Shown one piece after another: positions 1 through 10,962 of a DNA stretch of 64,000 bases. The notes under the pieces are model-generated. The model did no database searches and was not told the origin of the DNA. It saw only the letters and a program-made list of their open reading frames with translations. The stretch spans positions 1 through 64,000 of the forward strand of contig JALMLS010000062.1 of NCBI GenBank assembly GCA_038496445.1, read 5' to 3'. The DNA comes from Trichosphaerium sp. ATCC 40318 (taxonomy: Eukaryota > Protista > Tubulinea). Within the stretch, counting starts at the first letter, position 1. Every line of letters begins with the position of its first letter. The translations under genes were made by a program, and so were the position numbers.

Positions 1-105
1 GAAGTAAGATCAGATTTACCAAACCAGAGCTGATACTCCAATTTTTTTTCTTTTAAACTTGGTTAAAAGTTGGTTTAATTGCTTCTAAGGGTTAAATACC
101 AATAG
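1..105 (-). other. ITS1 (partial), downstream of 18S rRNA
   Basis: AT-rich sequence directly 3' of the 18S terminal GGATCA on the minus strand; runs off the window edge. Confidence 0.8.
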
Positions 106-2759
106 TATTGATCCTTCAGCAGGTTCACCTACTGAAACCTTGTTACGACTTCATCATCCTTTATGAGCGCAAGTTCGAGCAGGTTCGATAACCGGCAAGC
201 CGGTCGTCCCCCTGGTCTCACTCGCACCCACATCGGTCGATGCGACGGGCGGTGTGTACAAGCAACAGGGACAGATTCCAGGTGCGTTGATGACACACCT
301 GTACGAGGCATTCCGCGTTCGTGGCTACAGTTACAGCAACCAGTCCCTAAGCACGCATGTGTCTTTTCGGAGAAGCAGCATTGAGCACACTTAACATCCA
401 AATCGACCACACGGTGCGCTTTCATGTATTTTTTTTATGAACATTGCAGAAACTTACTTCATAATAAAGTTTGCCTTGGTAAAGATATATAATCTTCCAA
501 GTCAAAGCATTTAAGTGAAGAAGAAACCTTATTTGTTAATTTGAAACGATCCACAGCTCTTTCAATGTTTACACTAAGGAAACGAGTCCAAAGATGTAAG
601 TTTTCATCTAACAGCGCTTCTCATCTTAACATTAAAGGAATTTAACTTCCTAAAAAGCCTCGACGAGGGGGTTAACTCTTTATATTAGGTTCAGGACAGA
701 CTTTTGTTATGAAGGTGGTAGTTTCCGAAGGTGCGTTTAAGTGTAGTCGTATTTAGATAATAAAATCTGAGGTTTAACTCGCTGTCGTGAAGAAGTGTTC
801 TGGCGGTTTCAGGGCTTGCCCGGATGCCTGTTCGGCCCAGGAACCCGTTGAACTAAGCAGTGTAGGCCGCGTGCGGCCCGGAATATCTGGGGGCATCCCG
901 GATCTGTTATAGCCGCCGCTTCTTACGACTTTTCGCCGTCAGTCCTGCACAGGGGTCCCGCACGAGGCGGGGGAATCAATGTGACAGTAGCGATCTCGCC
1001 CGTTATCGGAATAAACCTGACAGATAAGTCCACGAGCCTAAAACGACCATGCACCACCGTTAGCTAACTCGGAAAAGACCCTTCAGTCTGTTCGTCCCCT
1101 TAGAGCGTCCGATCCCGGTAAGTTGTCGCGCGTTGAGTCAAATTGAGCCGCAGCCTCCAGAGCCTGGTGGTGTTGCTCCGTCAATGCCTTTAAGTTTCAG
1201 CCTTGCGACCATACTTCCCCCCTGGGCCCGATTACTTCGGTTTCCCGTGGGAACGGGCCCCGAGCCTTGGTTTGCCCGGCGCCCATTCAGTCGGCATCGT
1301 TTACTGTGGAGACTACACGGGTCTCTAATCCGCTTCGCTCCCTCCACCATCGTTCTAGATCACCGGCCACGCCCTTGCAGAGCGCCTTCGCTTCGGGTAG
1401 TTTGGATCAGGTCAAAAGATTTCACTCCTCGCTGATACCACACTCTCTACCCCGTACGCACCTAGTAATCGTGTGTTCTTTATTAGTGTGAAGACTAACT
1501 CAAGTTTTTTCTCAAAGTACTTTTGTAATTCACAATGTTTTTATTCCCTTAATGAAGAACATAAGTTTTCACTCTGACTTGCATATCAGGATATTGTTCA
1601 TACTTAGTTAAAAATGAGACTTGAGCGTCGCACTTGGTAAAGTGTTGTTTTTTGTTTTTTTAAAGCCCAATTCCAGGATGCTGGTGGGTGGCATAGCGGC
1701 CGAAGCCTAAACTGACCTTGCGTTTGAGCGAAGCCATTTATGCCTGGTCGGGCGATGAAAAAGAGTCGGGGGGTTTTGTCAAGGAGTAAACTCCTATATA
1801 AACCTTGTCCCTCTCAGCTGTGTCGTTGTTTGGACTGCGAGCGCTTTAACAGCAACAGCAAAAGTATAAGCTTTCGGAGTGGGTGTTACCGCGGGTGCTG
1901 GCACCCAACTTGTCCTCCAATAGTTTCTCAGGGCGACATTCAGTTGCCCCTCATTGCGACGACCGGTTTAAATGCCGGCCTCGTTACACTCAGTCGCTGG
2001 CTCGATTTGCAATCAATGGCCAAGTTACGCGCCTGCTGTTACCCGTAAGTACAGGGGCCGTATCTAATGCCCCTTCTCCGGGAACCGAACCCTAGTTCCC
2101 CGTTACCCGTCACTGCCGCGGTAGGCCGTTACCCTACCGCCTGGCTGATAGGTCGGCCGCCCTTCCGACTCGTGGAGGGGGAGAACTCTCAACTTTATAT
2201 CGATATGATCTTTATGAAAAAGCACATTCAGCGAAGGATCGAGATTGAACAAAGTGTTCATTTTTCTTTCACCTAGTTTCACCTTATGTAACTTTACATT
2301 ATTTTTTAGAAACATGTCTAGTCAGAGAGAACTCCTCATAACTCCATCGCATGCCCCAACGCCGCTCTTCCCGACGGAGTACGGACGCCGCTTCCTAAGG
2401 GGAGGCTGCTTCCCTTGGCGAACCAAGATGGGATCGGGTGATCGTCCGCTCCTGAGCGTTGGATGCGACCGATGGGTCCTTGCAGCAGAGGGGCCCATCG
2501 GCAGCGCTAGGCGCATTACGTATTAGCCGCAGGTTTCCTTTAATCCCGGTTATCCGCGGGGGAGGCCACGAGTTTTGGTTATAGTGCGTTTAGGAAAACA
2601 AGTTCCTGTGTGCAAAATGACGTGACCATTATTAGTCTTGTCGGGTGGGTTACGACCGTTTTAAGGAGCCGTTTGCGGCTCCGAGGATACCTCTTTGCTG
2701 AGCTTGCATGGCTTAATCCTTCGAGAAAGCTTATCACTCCTGGCAGGCTCAACCAGGTA
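106..2759 (-). rRNA. 18S rRNA: Highly divergent 18S (SSU) rRNA with large expansion segments
   Basis: Minus strand starts TACCTGGTTGAGCCTGCCAG...GATTAAGCCATGCA. It contains GTGCCAGCACCCGCGGTAA, AAACTTAAAGGCATTGACGG, GGTGGTGCATGG and TTGTACACACCGCCCGTCG, and ends GTCGTAACAAGGTTTCAGTAGGTGAACCTGCTGAAGGATCA. These are eukaryotic SSU conserved blocks with many substitutions. Confidence 0.97.
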
Positions 2760-5750
2760 CCTTTTGCATCAGAGTTTTTAAAGCAGATAGCTGCATTTAA
2801 AATAATTTCTCATCAGACCAAAGGTGGTTGAGGTTTTTAGGTGGTTTTTTGAAGAATGAACTTCATAAGAAACCATTCGATCTTTATTCCTATTCTCTTT
2901 CAAGGAGGATGTAAGATGAAGGTCTTTTTGATGAACATCACAAATACCTGGTGCCGGACAGTACCAGCCTTTCTTGTTGGAGAAGAAGCTGGTATGTCTT
3001 GGTTATGGTTTTTATGGCAAGAGATGCTCATAGAGCACATTGCCACAACAGCATAGGGTTGTGTCTTTTTAAAGGACTACTTTTCTTGATGAGTCATGCC
3101 TATTTTTTACTGAGTAGCCCTTGAGGCATCATCGGTAATAGCTTGCAACTGCATCATTTTTTATACACTCTTTTTTTTGTTTTTCTTTACTATTCAAGTA
3201 CTTGGACTATGCCTTTCCTTGTTAAGCCTTCAAGTTGTAGCAATTAGCTACACTTGCTTTCATTGATGTACTTGGCTTGTGTGCCTTTCCGTCAATTTGC
3301 CTTTCACATTTCTGCTTCAGGCTCACATCTATTATTTAACCCAAGTACTTGATACTTTTCTTTCCATTAGGGTTTTTTTATAAGATATGTTATCTTACAG
3401 TCTTTACGGACTAGTTGGAACACTTTGATTCCTTTCATCCGCCCAAAGCATATGACTTTGCATACACTTTGAACTGTAGTCTTGCATGAACTAATACCTC
3501 TCGATTAGCATTTCTACATCTCCTCCTTTTTTCTTAAAAGAGGAAGTGTTATAATGTTAGAAGAGAAGTCAAGTCAGCTCATTTGCATGATCTAGAACTC
3601 GATTGGCATTTCTACACCACATGGGTGTTATAATGTCAGAAGAGAACCAACGTCATACATTTTTTAGATGGGTTTTGTTGCCCACTGAGGGCTTCAAATG
3701 CACATCTTTTTGTACTACCAACAAAATATGACTTGCACATCATCATATGGTAATTATGGTGTTTTACATAAGCTCAGTACTCGATTAGCGTTTCTACACC
3801 TTTCCCTTTTGGGAGAATGTGTTATAACGTTAGAAGAGAAACAAAAGAGCCAATGCGGTTTTTTGTTGTTGCCCACTTAGGGCGTCAACTTAGTTGTACA
3901 ACTACAATTGTTGTTCACTATGGAACTTCAACTGATATTGTTGAGCAACTTGATTTGCTTACAAGCACTTTAGAGATAGGTTTGATGCTCATCTACTTGA
4001 GATTGCATAACCATGTATGAGATACCTCGATTAACATGTGCCACACTACATTGCTGTAATGCATTACTCATGAAAGAAGAGGAATCCAAGTCTTGTTTGA
4101 CTTCAGAACCTGTTCATCACACAGATGCATTCGGTTCAAGTCACTCTTGGTGTTGTAGGCAACAACAATTACTCGATTAGCATTTCTACATCTCAACAAT
4201 AACGTGAGATGTTCTAATGCTAGAAGAACAAAAGGTTTGCCATTACATCAGTACTCGATTAGCATTTCTACACTTCAAGTGAGTGTTATAATGCTAGAAG
4301 AGCACAGGTACAACGGTTGTTGTCTTTATGGAATGGATGTAATAGAAAAAAAAGCAAGTTGAGGTAAACTACATTGCAACACATTTCACCAACTGGCATC
4401 GTCATCGATGGATATACTAAGAGGCGAGCCGTAACTCGTCCTTTTCTATCACATAATAAAAGCTAGAGTAGCCATACTTGTGTGGTTATGTGGTTATGTA
4501 GGAATGCGCATTGCTGGTTTCTGCTTCCATTCCAAATACAAAAGGTGGGTGCGTAAAAGCAAGAGGACTTACAGCCATGTGCTCTAAAACGCGCAAAACC
4601 CAATTAAAATACATTATTTGGGTTCTTTCTGCGATAGAAGAATACAGGCTACCCTCTTGTGGAATATGCTTGTGTGTGTGGAGGTCGTTTCAGTGCTCTG
4701 TAGTTACAGAGTGACACGTTCGCTCACACTTTCCAGCCATCGAGACACCTGTCTTGTGTAGACAAGCGTTGCTTGATGGAGAGCCAAAAGTCGATTACCA
4801 CTGCCTATGCTATGTTTTTTAAAGCATTTTTCATAGGGGCTTATGTGGTAGAAGATTAATGGCTCGTTAAGGTCCCTCAGCCCGTGTTGTGGCTACAAAT
4901 GTGCTGCACGATGGGCGGGTCCCATACCACCGTGCACTCCCTGTGGGCTTTTAAGGTCCAGCAATCTTTGCTTGGAGGTTGCGCTTTTACCATCTTTTCT
5001 GTATCTTACCCGCTATTGGGTTCAAAGAAAAAAATGGCGCGTCTGATTACCCCTCCTTTTTTTTTTTGCGTGGATCTTGCCAAGGGAAGAGAAGTGACTT
5101 TCTACAGGTGCGCACTACACAATTTTTTTTGTAGCTCCTCTTGCAAGGGCGATTGTGTCGCCTGTTGCTGGAACTAGCTCTGTGGTGCTAACCCTTAGCC
5201 AGCTTCTCTATTTGCGCCGCTTTAGGCTACACGGTTGTAAGACTGACTCCCTTTCCCGAAAATATCGAGTTTTCACGACCCTCACTGCACTTGCTAACAC
5301 TCCCTAAACTTGTAGAGCGTTTGGTATCGTAGTTTTTGATCATCGAAAAACAACTCAAAAAAAAAAGCCTCTTTGCGGTGTTGTACCGCTCACGCCACAC
5401 CGGCGACCTTTTTTTTTATTTCTTTCAACGCGACACGGTTCTGAAATTTACTGGGAGCGTTAGGATATGTCTATGGTACAGTTCGTTTGAGTACAATCTT
5501 TTTTTTGCCCTATCCATAAAATCGAAAAAAAATCCATAAAATTACTCATCGCGCATTCTATTGTACCCTTTCACCATAAATTCGTTAGTTTCGCCTCTTT
5601 TAGGCCGTTCCTGTGCGTCGCGAACGGCAATGACCATTCGATCATTTGCTCTTACAACGCTCCTTCAAGCCCTCAAATCAACCCAAATAACAAACCTTTT
5701 AACAAGCGATAGCAGCCTTGGTCACTTTATGGTAACTTGTTTATTTGACA
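2760..5750 (-). promoter_or_regulatory. 5' ETS / intergenic spacer expected to contain the Pol I promoter
   Basis: Non-coding, hairpin-rich region upstream of the 18S 5' end. No credible spliced gene was found. The promoter position cannot be located by eye. Confidence 0.55.
3500..4302. repeat. Six dispersed copies of a hairpin motif CTCGATTRGCRTTTCTACAY-[variable stem-loop]-RTGTTMTAAYGYYAGAAGAR
   Basis: Copies at about 3500-3565, 3598-3644, 3780-3838, 4026-4081 (degenerate), 4172-4227 and 4254-4302. The arms are complementary and show compensatory changes. Confidence 0.9.
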
Positions 5751-5872
5751 ACTTTTAAAAGCGTTGGGCGCACTGTATCGAATAAAAAAGGGCAACAAAC
5801 TTGGTACAGCGCTTGTAGGAAATTGTTAGCACATTTACATCTGGTTGTTGTTTATTAATCAAGCGTTGTGCG

Positions 5873-7596
5873 TCATAAGTTAGATGTAGCTTTAAATACA
5901 GAGAGTTTATCGTTTGCTTGAAGTGACACCTCCGTCGAACTGTAAACGAAATACACTTTACCTTTGCTCAGCGGCACGCTATTATTACTAGCCTACAAAG
6001 CATTAACGGTTTTTTTTTTCGGTGACTGAAGTATGTTGCGTCAAATATTTGATGCGCGGCTGCTGCAGCGCAATTGTTTGTGATGCTTACCTTTAGTGTA
6101 CCAGAACCTTCATAAGTTAACAATATCGTGGGTCCTTTTTCAGCTGCTAGTGTAATTTTCTCTCCTTTGTTGAGACTCACTTTCACAACTTTGAAATCTG
6201 TCACAGGTGGAGTAAATAGTGTCAAATGTTTTCCCTATTAAACAGCTCTTAGAACATATACAAATTTGTGGAGGCGTCACAGCGCGTTAGCGTACTTGAG
6301 TGACGCCTGACGATGGGATAACCTTTGCACATTCGTAGGTGAGCATACTTGTCAGGGTTTTGACATCTTTGTATTTAGGAGTAAATCCTGCTCTTACAAC
6401 ATTATCAGAGCGTGCCATGCACTCTACACAGTCGCCCTACAAGAAATAGGTTAGTTAAAAGAAGTTTTGTTATTGATTGTTGTGACATAATTGGGTTAAG
6501 ATATGCGTACACTCAAGTAAGCGTGCGGTTGGTTAGGTCCAAGAAAAATAGAAGTTCCTGGAGCGAGTTCAACGTAATTAAGTAAAAACACAATAAAAAT
6601 GCCAACATCAGTAGGATATTCTTTTTGCAATCGTTTCAATAACACGTGTGTTTCTCCTTGTTCGTCTTTGATCCTCTCCATCAGTGTATCAATTTGTTCT
6701 TTAACTTTAGCGTTGTCTCTGGTTACTAGTGTTTGTAACAAGTTCTTCAAAGCAGCTTTTTGTTCTTCTACATCTGTGGCGTCTTTACCAGCTTGTACTA
6801 ATTTTTTTGTTGCTTCTTCGCCTGCGATAGCAGCGAGTTCTGGCTCCTAGTATGGGCTAAACAATTTTTTCTTTAATTTATTGTTTTCAGAAAGTTGCTA
6901 TTGTACCGTTTTAAAGAATGACAATATTTCTGTGTAAGGTCTAAATCCGCACAACGCCTTCATTGGTGTCAATGCTAAAGCGAGTTCTGGTTTATGATTA
7001 GGATCCTTGTACCGCGTAGGCTCTGCGTCGTGTAGTTTTTTGGCGAGTTCTTTGTTTGGATGCGCTGAGATACAAGTATTAGAGTCTCCGAGATTGTTTT
7101 GGGTGTAAACGTGTACCTTGTATCGACAGCGCTGAGTTGATGGACAGCACCTGGGCGAGTAAGCACAAGCCACAAAAAAAAAAAAACACGTTTCTTTTTA
7201 TACAACGATGTGACTCGTACCTTGAAAAGGAAAGGCAATCCGTCGTCAAACTCTTTTGCAATGTCAGCACCCAAAATATCTTTGGGGTTTTTGTTTATGT
7301 GGTCTTTTAGTAATTCTGTTGTGCCGTCGGCGTGTTGCACCTTAGATGGGCCGTTTGGGTGATCTCCAAACCACAATTCTATCAATTAAAACAATAAGAC
7401 AACGTTTTTTAGTTTTAAATTGCGCTATTTACTTGTTTATAAACGGCTAACCTGCGTAATTCTCTTTTGGGTCGATATCATCGCTTCCATTTGGACATTG
7501 TTCAACTGCTAGTTTAGCAACCTCTGAATCAAGGCCTATCTTGCCCCAGGCATATTTTTGGATAGCACAGACTAAAGGAAATACTCTTGCTGTCAT
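5873..7596 (-). CDS. MPI: Mannose-6-phosphate isomerase (type I PMI), multi-exon
   Basis: Exons give [69 protein letters not shown] and [19 protein letters not shown]. Confidence 0.95.
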
Positions 7597-7679
7597 TTTC
7601 AGACGAGTTAGACGGCGAAAAAAGTACCAACAAAATTCTGTTTGACCAAAAAAAACCCAAAAAGCCATCAAAAAACAAA

Positions 7680-8077
7680 ATGGCGGGTACGGACGCGTCG
7701 ACGCCGTTACCTGGTGGTCTTGAGGAGAAAGATTGTGTTGAATGTATGCGGTTTGGTGGTATAGCCCTTACCGCTGGAGGTATGCGTAATACGGGAACTT
7801 ACAAGATGAAATACCGTTTTTTGAGCGTATTTTAGGTATTTATTCAGCTTTGCAGTACAGAACTATCCCAAAATCATTTGTACAGCGTAGATGGAGTGCA
7901 TCTTTATCTGGCCTTTTCGTAGCGACACTTGGCGTGTATTTTATGAGCGATCCTGACTTCAGGGTGCGTTACAATTCTTGCTTTTTTGTCTGTGTCTGCT
8001 TACTGGGTGTACAGTATTACAACATGGCGAAGAAATTCGTGCTTTCTAAAATGCAACCGACAGAAATAGACACGTGA
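7680..8077 (+). CDS. Small DUF4536/DMAC1-like membrane protein (3 exons)
   Basis: MAGTDAS...[21 protein letters not shown] (DCxxC followed by a Gly-rich TM segment) and a second TM segment [13 protein letters not shown]. Head-to-head with MPI, about 83 bp between ATGs. Confidence 0.65.
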
Positions 8078-8130
8078 CTTGGTTTACATATGTGGTCACG
8101 TGATATTATTCCATGCATTCACAAGGTTAA

Positions 8131-8209
8131 TGTAACTTGGCGGTCGGTCAAGACCCTGAAAACGCACCAGGTGTGGTGCGATCTGGGGGCGGAATAACTT
8201 GCCATTACA
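8131..8209 (+). ncRNA. Candidate structured small RNA (GC-rich hairpin with two internal loops, ends in ACA)
   Basis: Nested pairings TGTAA/TTACA, TGGCGG/TTGCCA, CCCT/GGGG and CGCACC/GGTGCG within otherwise AT-rich intergenic DNA. Confidence 0.3.
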
Positions 8210-8422
8210 CGTGATCACAGCGTGTTTTATGCGTTTAGCGCTTTCTAGTTTTTTGTATAATTGTACAGTAATAAAAGATATTAATCACTTCACTGCGCGG
8301 TTCTATAGTATGTTGGATGTTTTACAGCCACAGGCATTACTGATTCTGTATTTGGCTTTATTGCTTCCAACAAACGGGAAAAAAAAGTCACAACTTTTTC
8401 ACGACTTCACAAAAGCAGCACA

Positions 8423-10455
8423 ATGACCACTCTTGCCCGTGTCTTTAAAGTACGCTACAAAATTGTAGTTTTAAAGCTAAAATAAGGTGCTAGGGCAAAA
8501 TTGCTCACTGCTTATCTCGAGATGATTTTGAGGCTACCGACGCACTAGTTGGTGTGTCTACTAGCGGCACAATTGTTTTTGTAGTACGCAAACGCCTCGA
8601 ATTGCTTCTATCGTTCAACTTGGACTCTAGGCTAAGACAGAACAAGAGAGACAAAGTGTTATCGCTAAACATAATATTCAACCAAGTGTACGAGCTCATT
8701 TTCTGAAAGTTTTTTTTGTAATATTAAGACGCTACTTACATGAAACGTCGTTTAGGCTATTACGGACTTGGGTCGTAAATTTTTAGTACCTGGGTTTATT
8801 GACACTCATACGCACGCGCCACAATACGTATTTACAGGTATGCCAGGCCAACCGACGCGGAAACTTACATAGCCTTTTTTGTTTAATTTAGAAATTATTG
8901 TTTGACTCCTTACTCTATTTTGCGATAGGTAGTGGCTCCAATCTTCCGTTACTCGAGTGGCTAGACACCTATACTGTACGAAGAACCGGTCTAACCTCTT
9001 ATTATTCTTTCTGACTTGGCATAGTTCAAAAATGAGTCAAAGTTTAGTGATATGACATTTGCTGAGGAAGTGTACACAAAATGTAATTCTCCGTTAGGCA
9101 TTTGGCCACGTGTTAATGTATTGTAGGTATTAAACGGACGTTGAAGAATGGCACTGTATGTTTCTTTTGTTGTGTATAAATATTAACACGTGTAGTGTAC
9201 AGCGGCATACTACGCAACAACGCACTTGGAGGCAAGTAAATTACTTGCTGACATTATTGATAAATACGGCCAAAGGTAGGCGATATTTGATTGTGTTCAT
9301 TACTGGCGAGGTATTGTCGTTAAATCACCTTTAGGGGCTTTGTAGGTAAAGTGAACATGGACTCTAACTCTCCAGATTATTACATAGAAACAACTGAAGA
9401 ATCTATAACATCAACGCAGTCTTTTGTAGAGTATGTACTGGCGAAAAACAATTCTCTGGTATGGTTTATTGCTATTACTTGAACAAGGATTTCTGACACG
9501 TGTCAAAAGGTTACACCAGTTCTGACGCCACGGTTTGCCATAACATGCTCTCCTAAGCTTATGAAAAAGCTTGGCGAAATTGCAGAGAAGTATGACTTAC
9601 CTATACAGACACATCTAGCAGAAACCCACGGCGAGATTGAGTTTGTCAAAAAGTTGTTTCCAAACAAGAATTATACACAGGTTTGTTTTTTGTTTTTGTA
9701 GAGTGTCTCGGAGAGCATGTGTTAACTGTAATTGTAGGTGTACAAAGATTTTGGGTTACTCACAAAAAAGACAATTATGGGTCATTGCATTTGGCTAACG
9801 GATGCGGAGTATGCCTTAATGAGAGAGAACAATGGTGATGTCTTTTGAGTTTTTTCAAAAAAACAAGAAATGTAACCATTTTTATTAGCAAGCATCTCAC
9901 ATTGTCCAACAAGCAACTCCAACATTAACAGTGGCGTTTTTCAGATACGTAAGGCAGAAGAGGAAGGTGTCAAGGTGGGATTTGGAACAGATTTCGCAGG
10001 TAATCAACCCAGAAAAAGTTTTTCATTGTAATTTAATCTGTGCAAGGTGGATCACCTACAAACATGCTTGACGTAATGAGAAGTGCGTTGCAGACTTCAG
10101 TTGCCGCTCATTTTCAAAATACAGATTGGAAGCCTTTGTCGTTCAAACAAGCTTTTTATTATGGCACATTGGGTACGCACGCTTGCAAGCATCAGTAGCT
10201 ATGCTACAACAACAACAAAGCTGATTTCTTTTCACAACAGGCGGCAGTAGGGTGTTCGAACTGAGCGACAAGATTGGTAATTTCTTACCTGGTAAAGAGT
10301 TTGACGCTCTTGTAATTGATCCTTATGTAGAGGATTCACCATTTGACGTGTTTGAACACGAGACATTTATTCAAATTTTTGAAAAGTTTTTTTTCATCGG
10401 CGATGACCGTAATATCGCTCAAGTGTTTGTACAAGGCAAGGAAGTAACGCTTTAG
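8423..10455 (+). CDS. GDA: Guanine deaminase (amidohydrolase superfamily), many short introns
   Basis: PGFIDTHTHAPQY, LLEWLDTYT, TPRFAITCS, IQTHLAET, HCPTSN, GFGTD, GNFLPGKEFDAL and GDDRNIAQVFVQG. Confidence 0.93.
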
Positions 10456-10640
10456 TGTAAAATAAAGGTGCTTTATTGATTTTTGTTTGTATTGGCTTAC
10501 ACTTGTTGATGTAATTACGTACGTATTGGCATCGCTGATTACGCTATTGTCGCGGGGCGTGGTTATTCTTTTGGTCATCTAGATTGTTCTTTAGTATTTG
10601 GAGAAATGGCGAAGAAATAGAACAAAAAGAGATGATGCTA

Positions 10641-10705
10641 TGCGCTTTAGATAGCTAACGAAAGTTCATCACTAAGCAGACATTCTTATCCTCATCATCA
10701 GCGCA
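10641..10705 (-). ncRNA. Candidate intronic box C/D snoRNA
   Basis: Terminal stem TGCGCT/AGCGCA, box C ATGATGA, D' CTGC, C' GTGATGA and variant D box CTAA adjoining the stem. It lies inside an apparent GT-AG intron of a short host transcript. Confidence 0.5.
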
Positions 10706-10962
10706 AACAACGGCAAAACACAAAAAGTAATGAGAAAACAAGCAAGTACCTTACGAGGAGCGTTCATTCGCGTTAGCTTGACCATTTTATATCAAACTTA
10801 AACTCAACAGAGTTAAGGCAAGACGTCAGTTTTGTTGGACACCGTTTTATCACGGCGTACGTAGTTAGATTGAAACGTAATTTTGCTAGTATATTGACAA
10901 TTTCTACGGTGTAACAAAGAATGTAGACAAATCAGATTAGTTTACATTTCTTTTATTATTGT

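Noticed and set aside
356-803. Group I intron or homing endonuclease in the 18S insert
   Set aside because: No P/Q/R/S core or ORF was recognised, and the ends appear to close a stem as expansion segments do. Not fully excluded without a covariance-model search.
129-2831. ORFs overlapping the first 2.8 kb
   Set aside because: They are chance ORFs within the 18S rRNA gene.
3500-4302. CRISPR-like repeat/spacer array
   Set aside because: Spacing is irregular, the variable part is itself a hairpin between two different conserved arms, there are no cas genes, and the context is eukaryotic.
3190-4480. 5S rRNA in the spacer (AGTACTTGGA, GCCATAC fragments)
   Set aside because: Only isolated short matches far apart; no 120-nt 5S structure.
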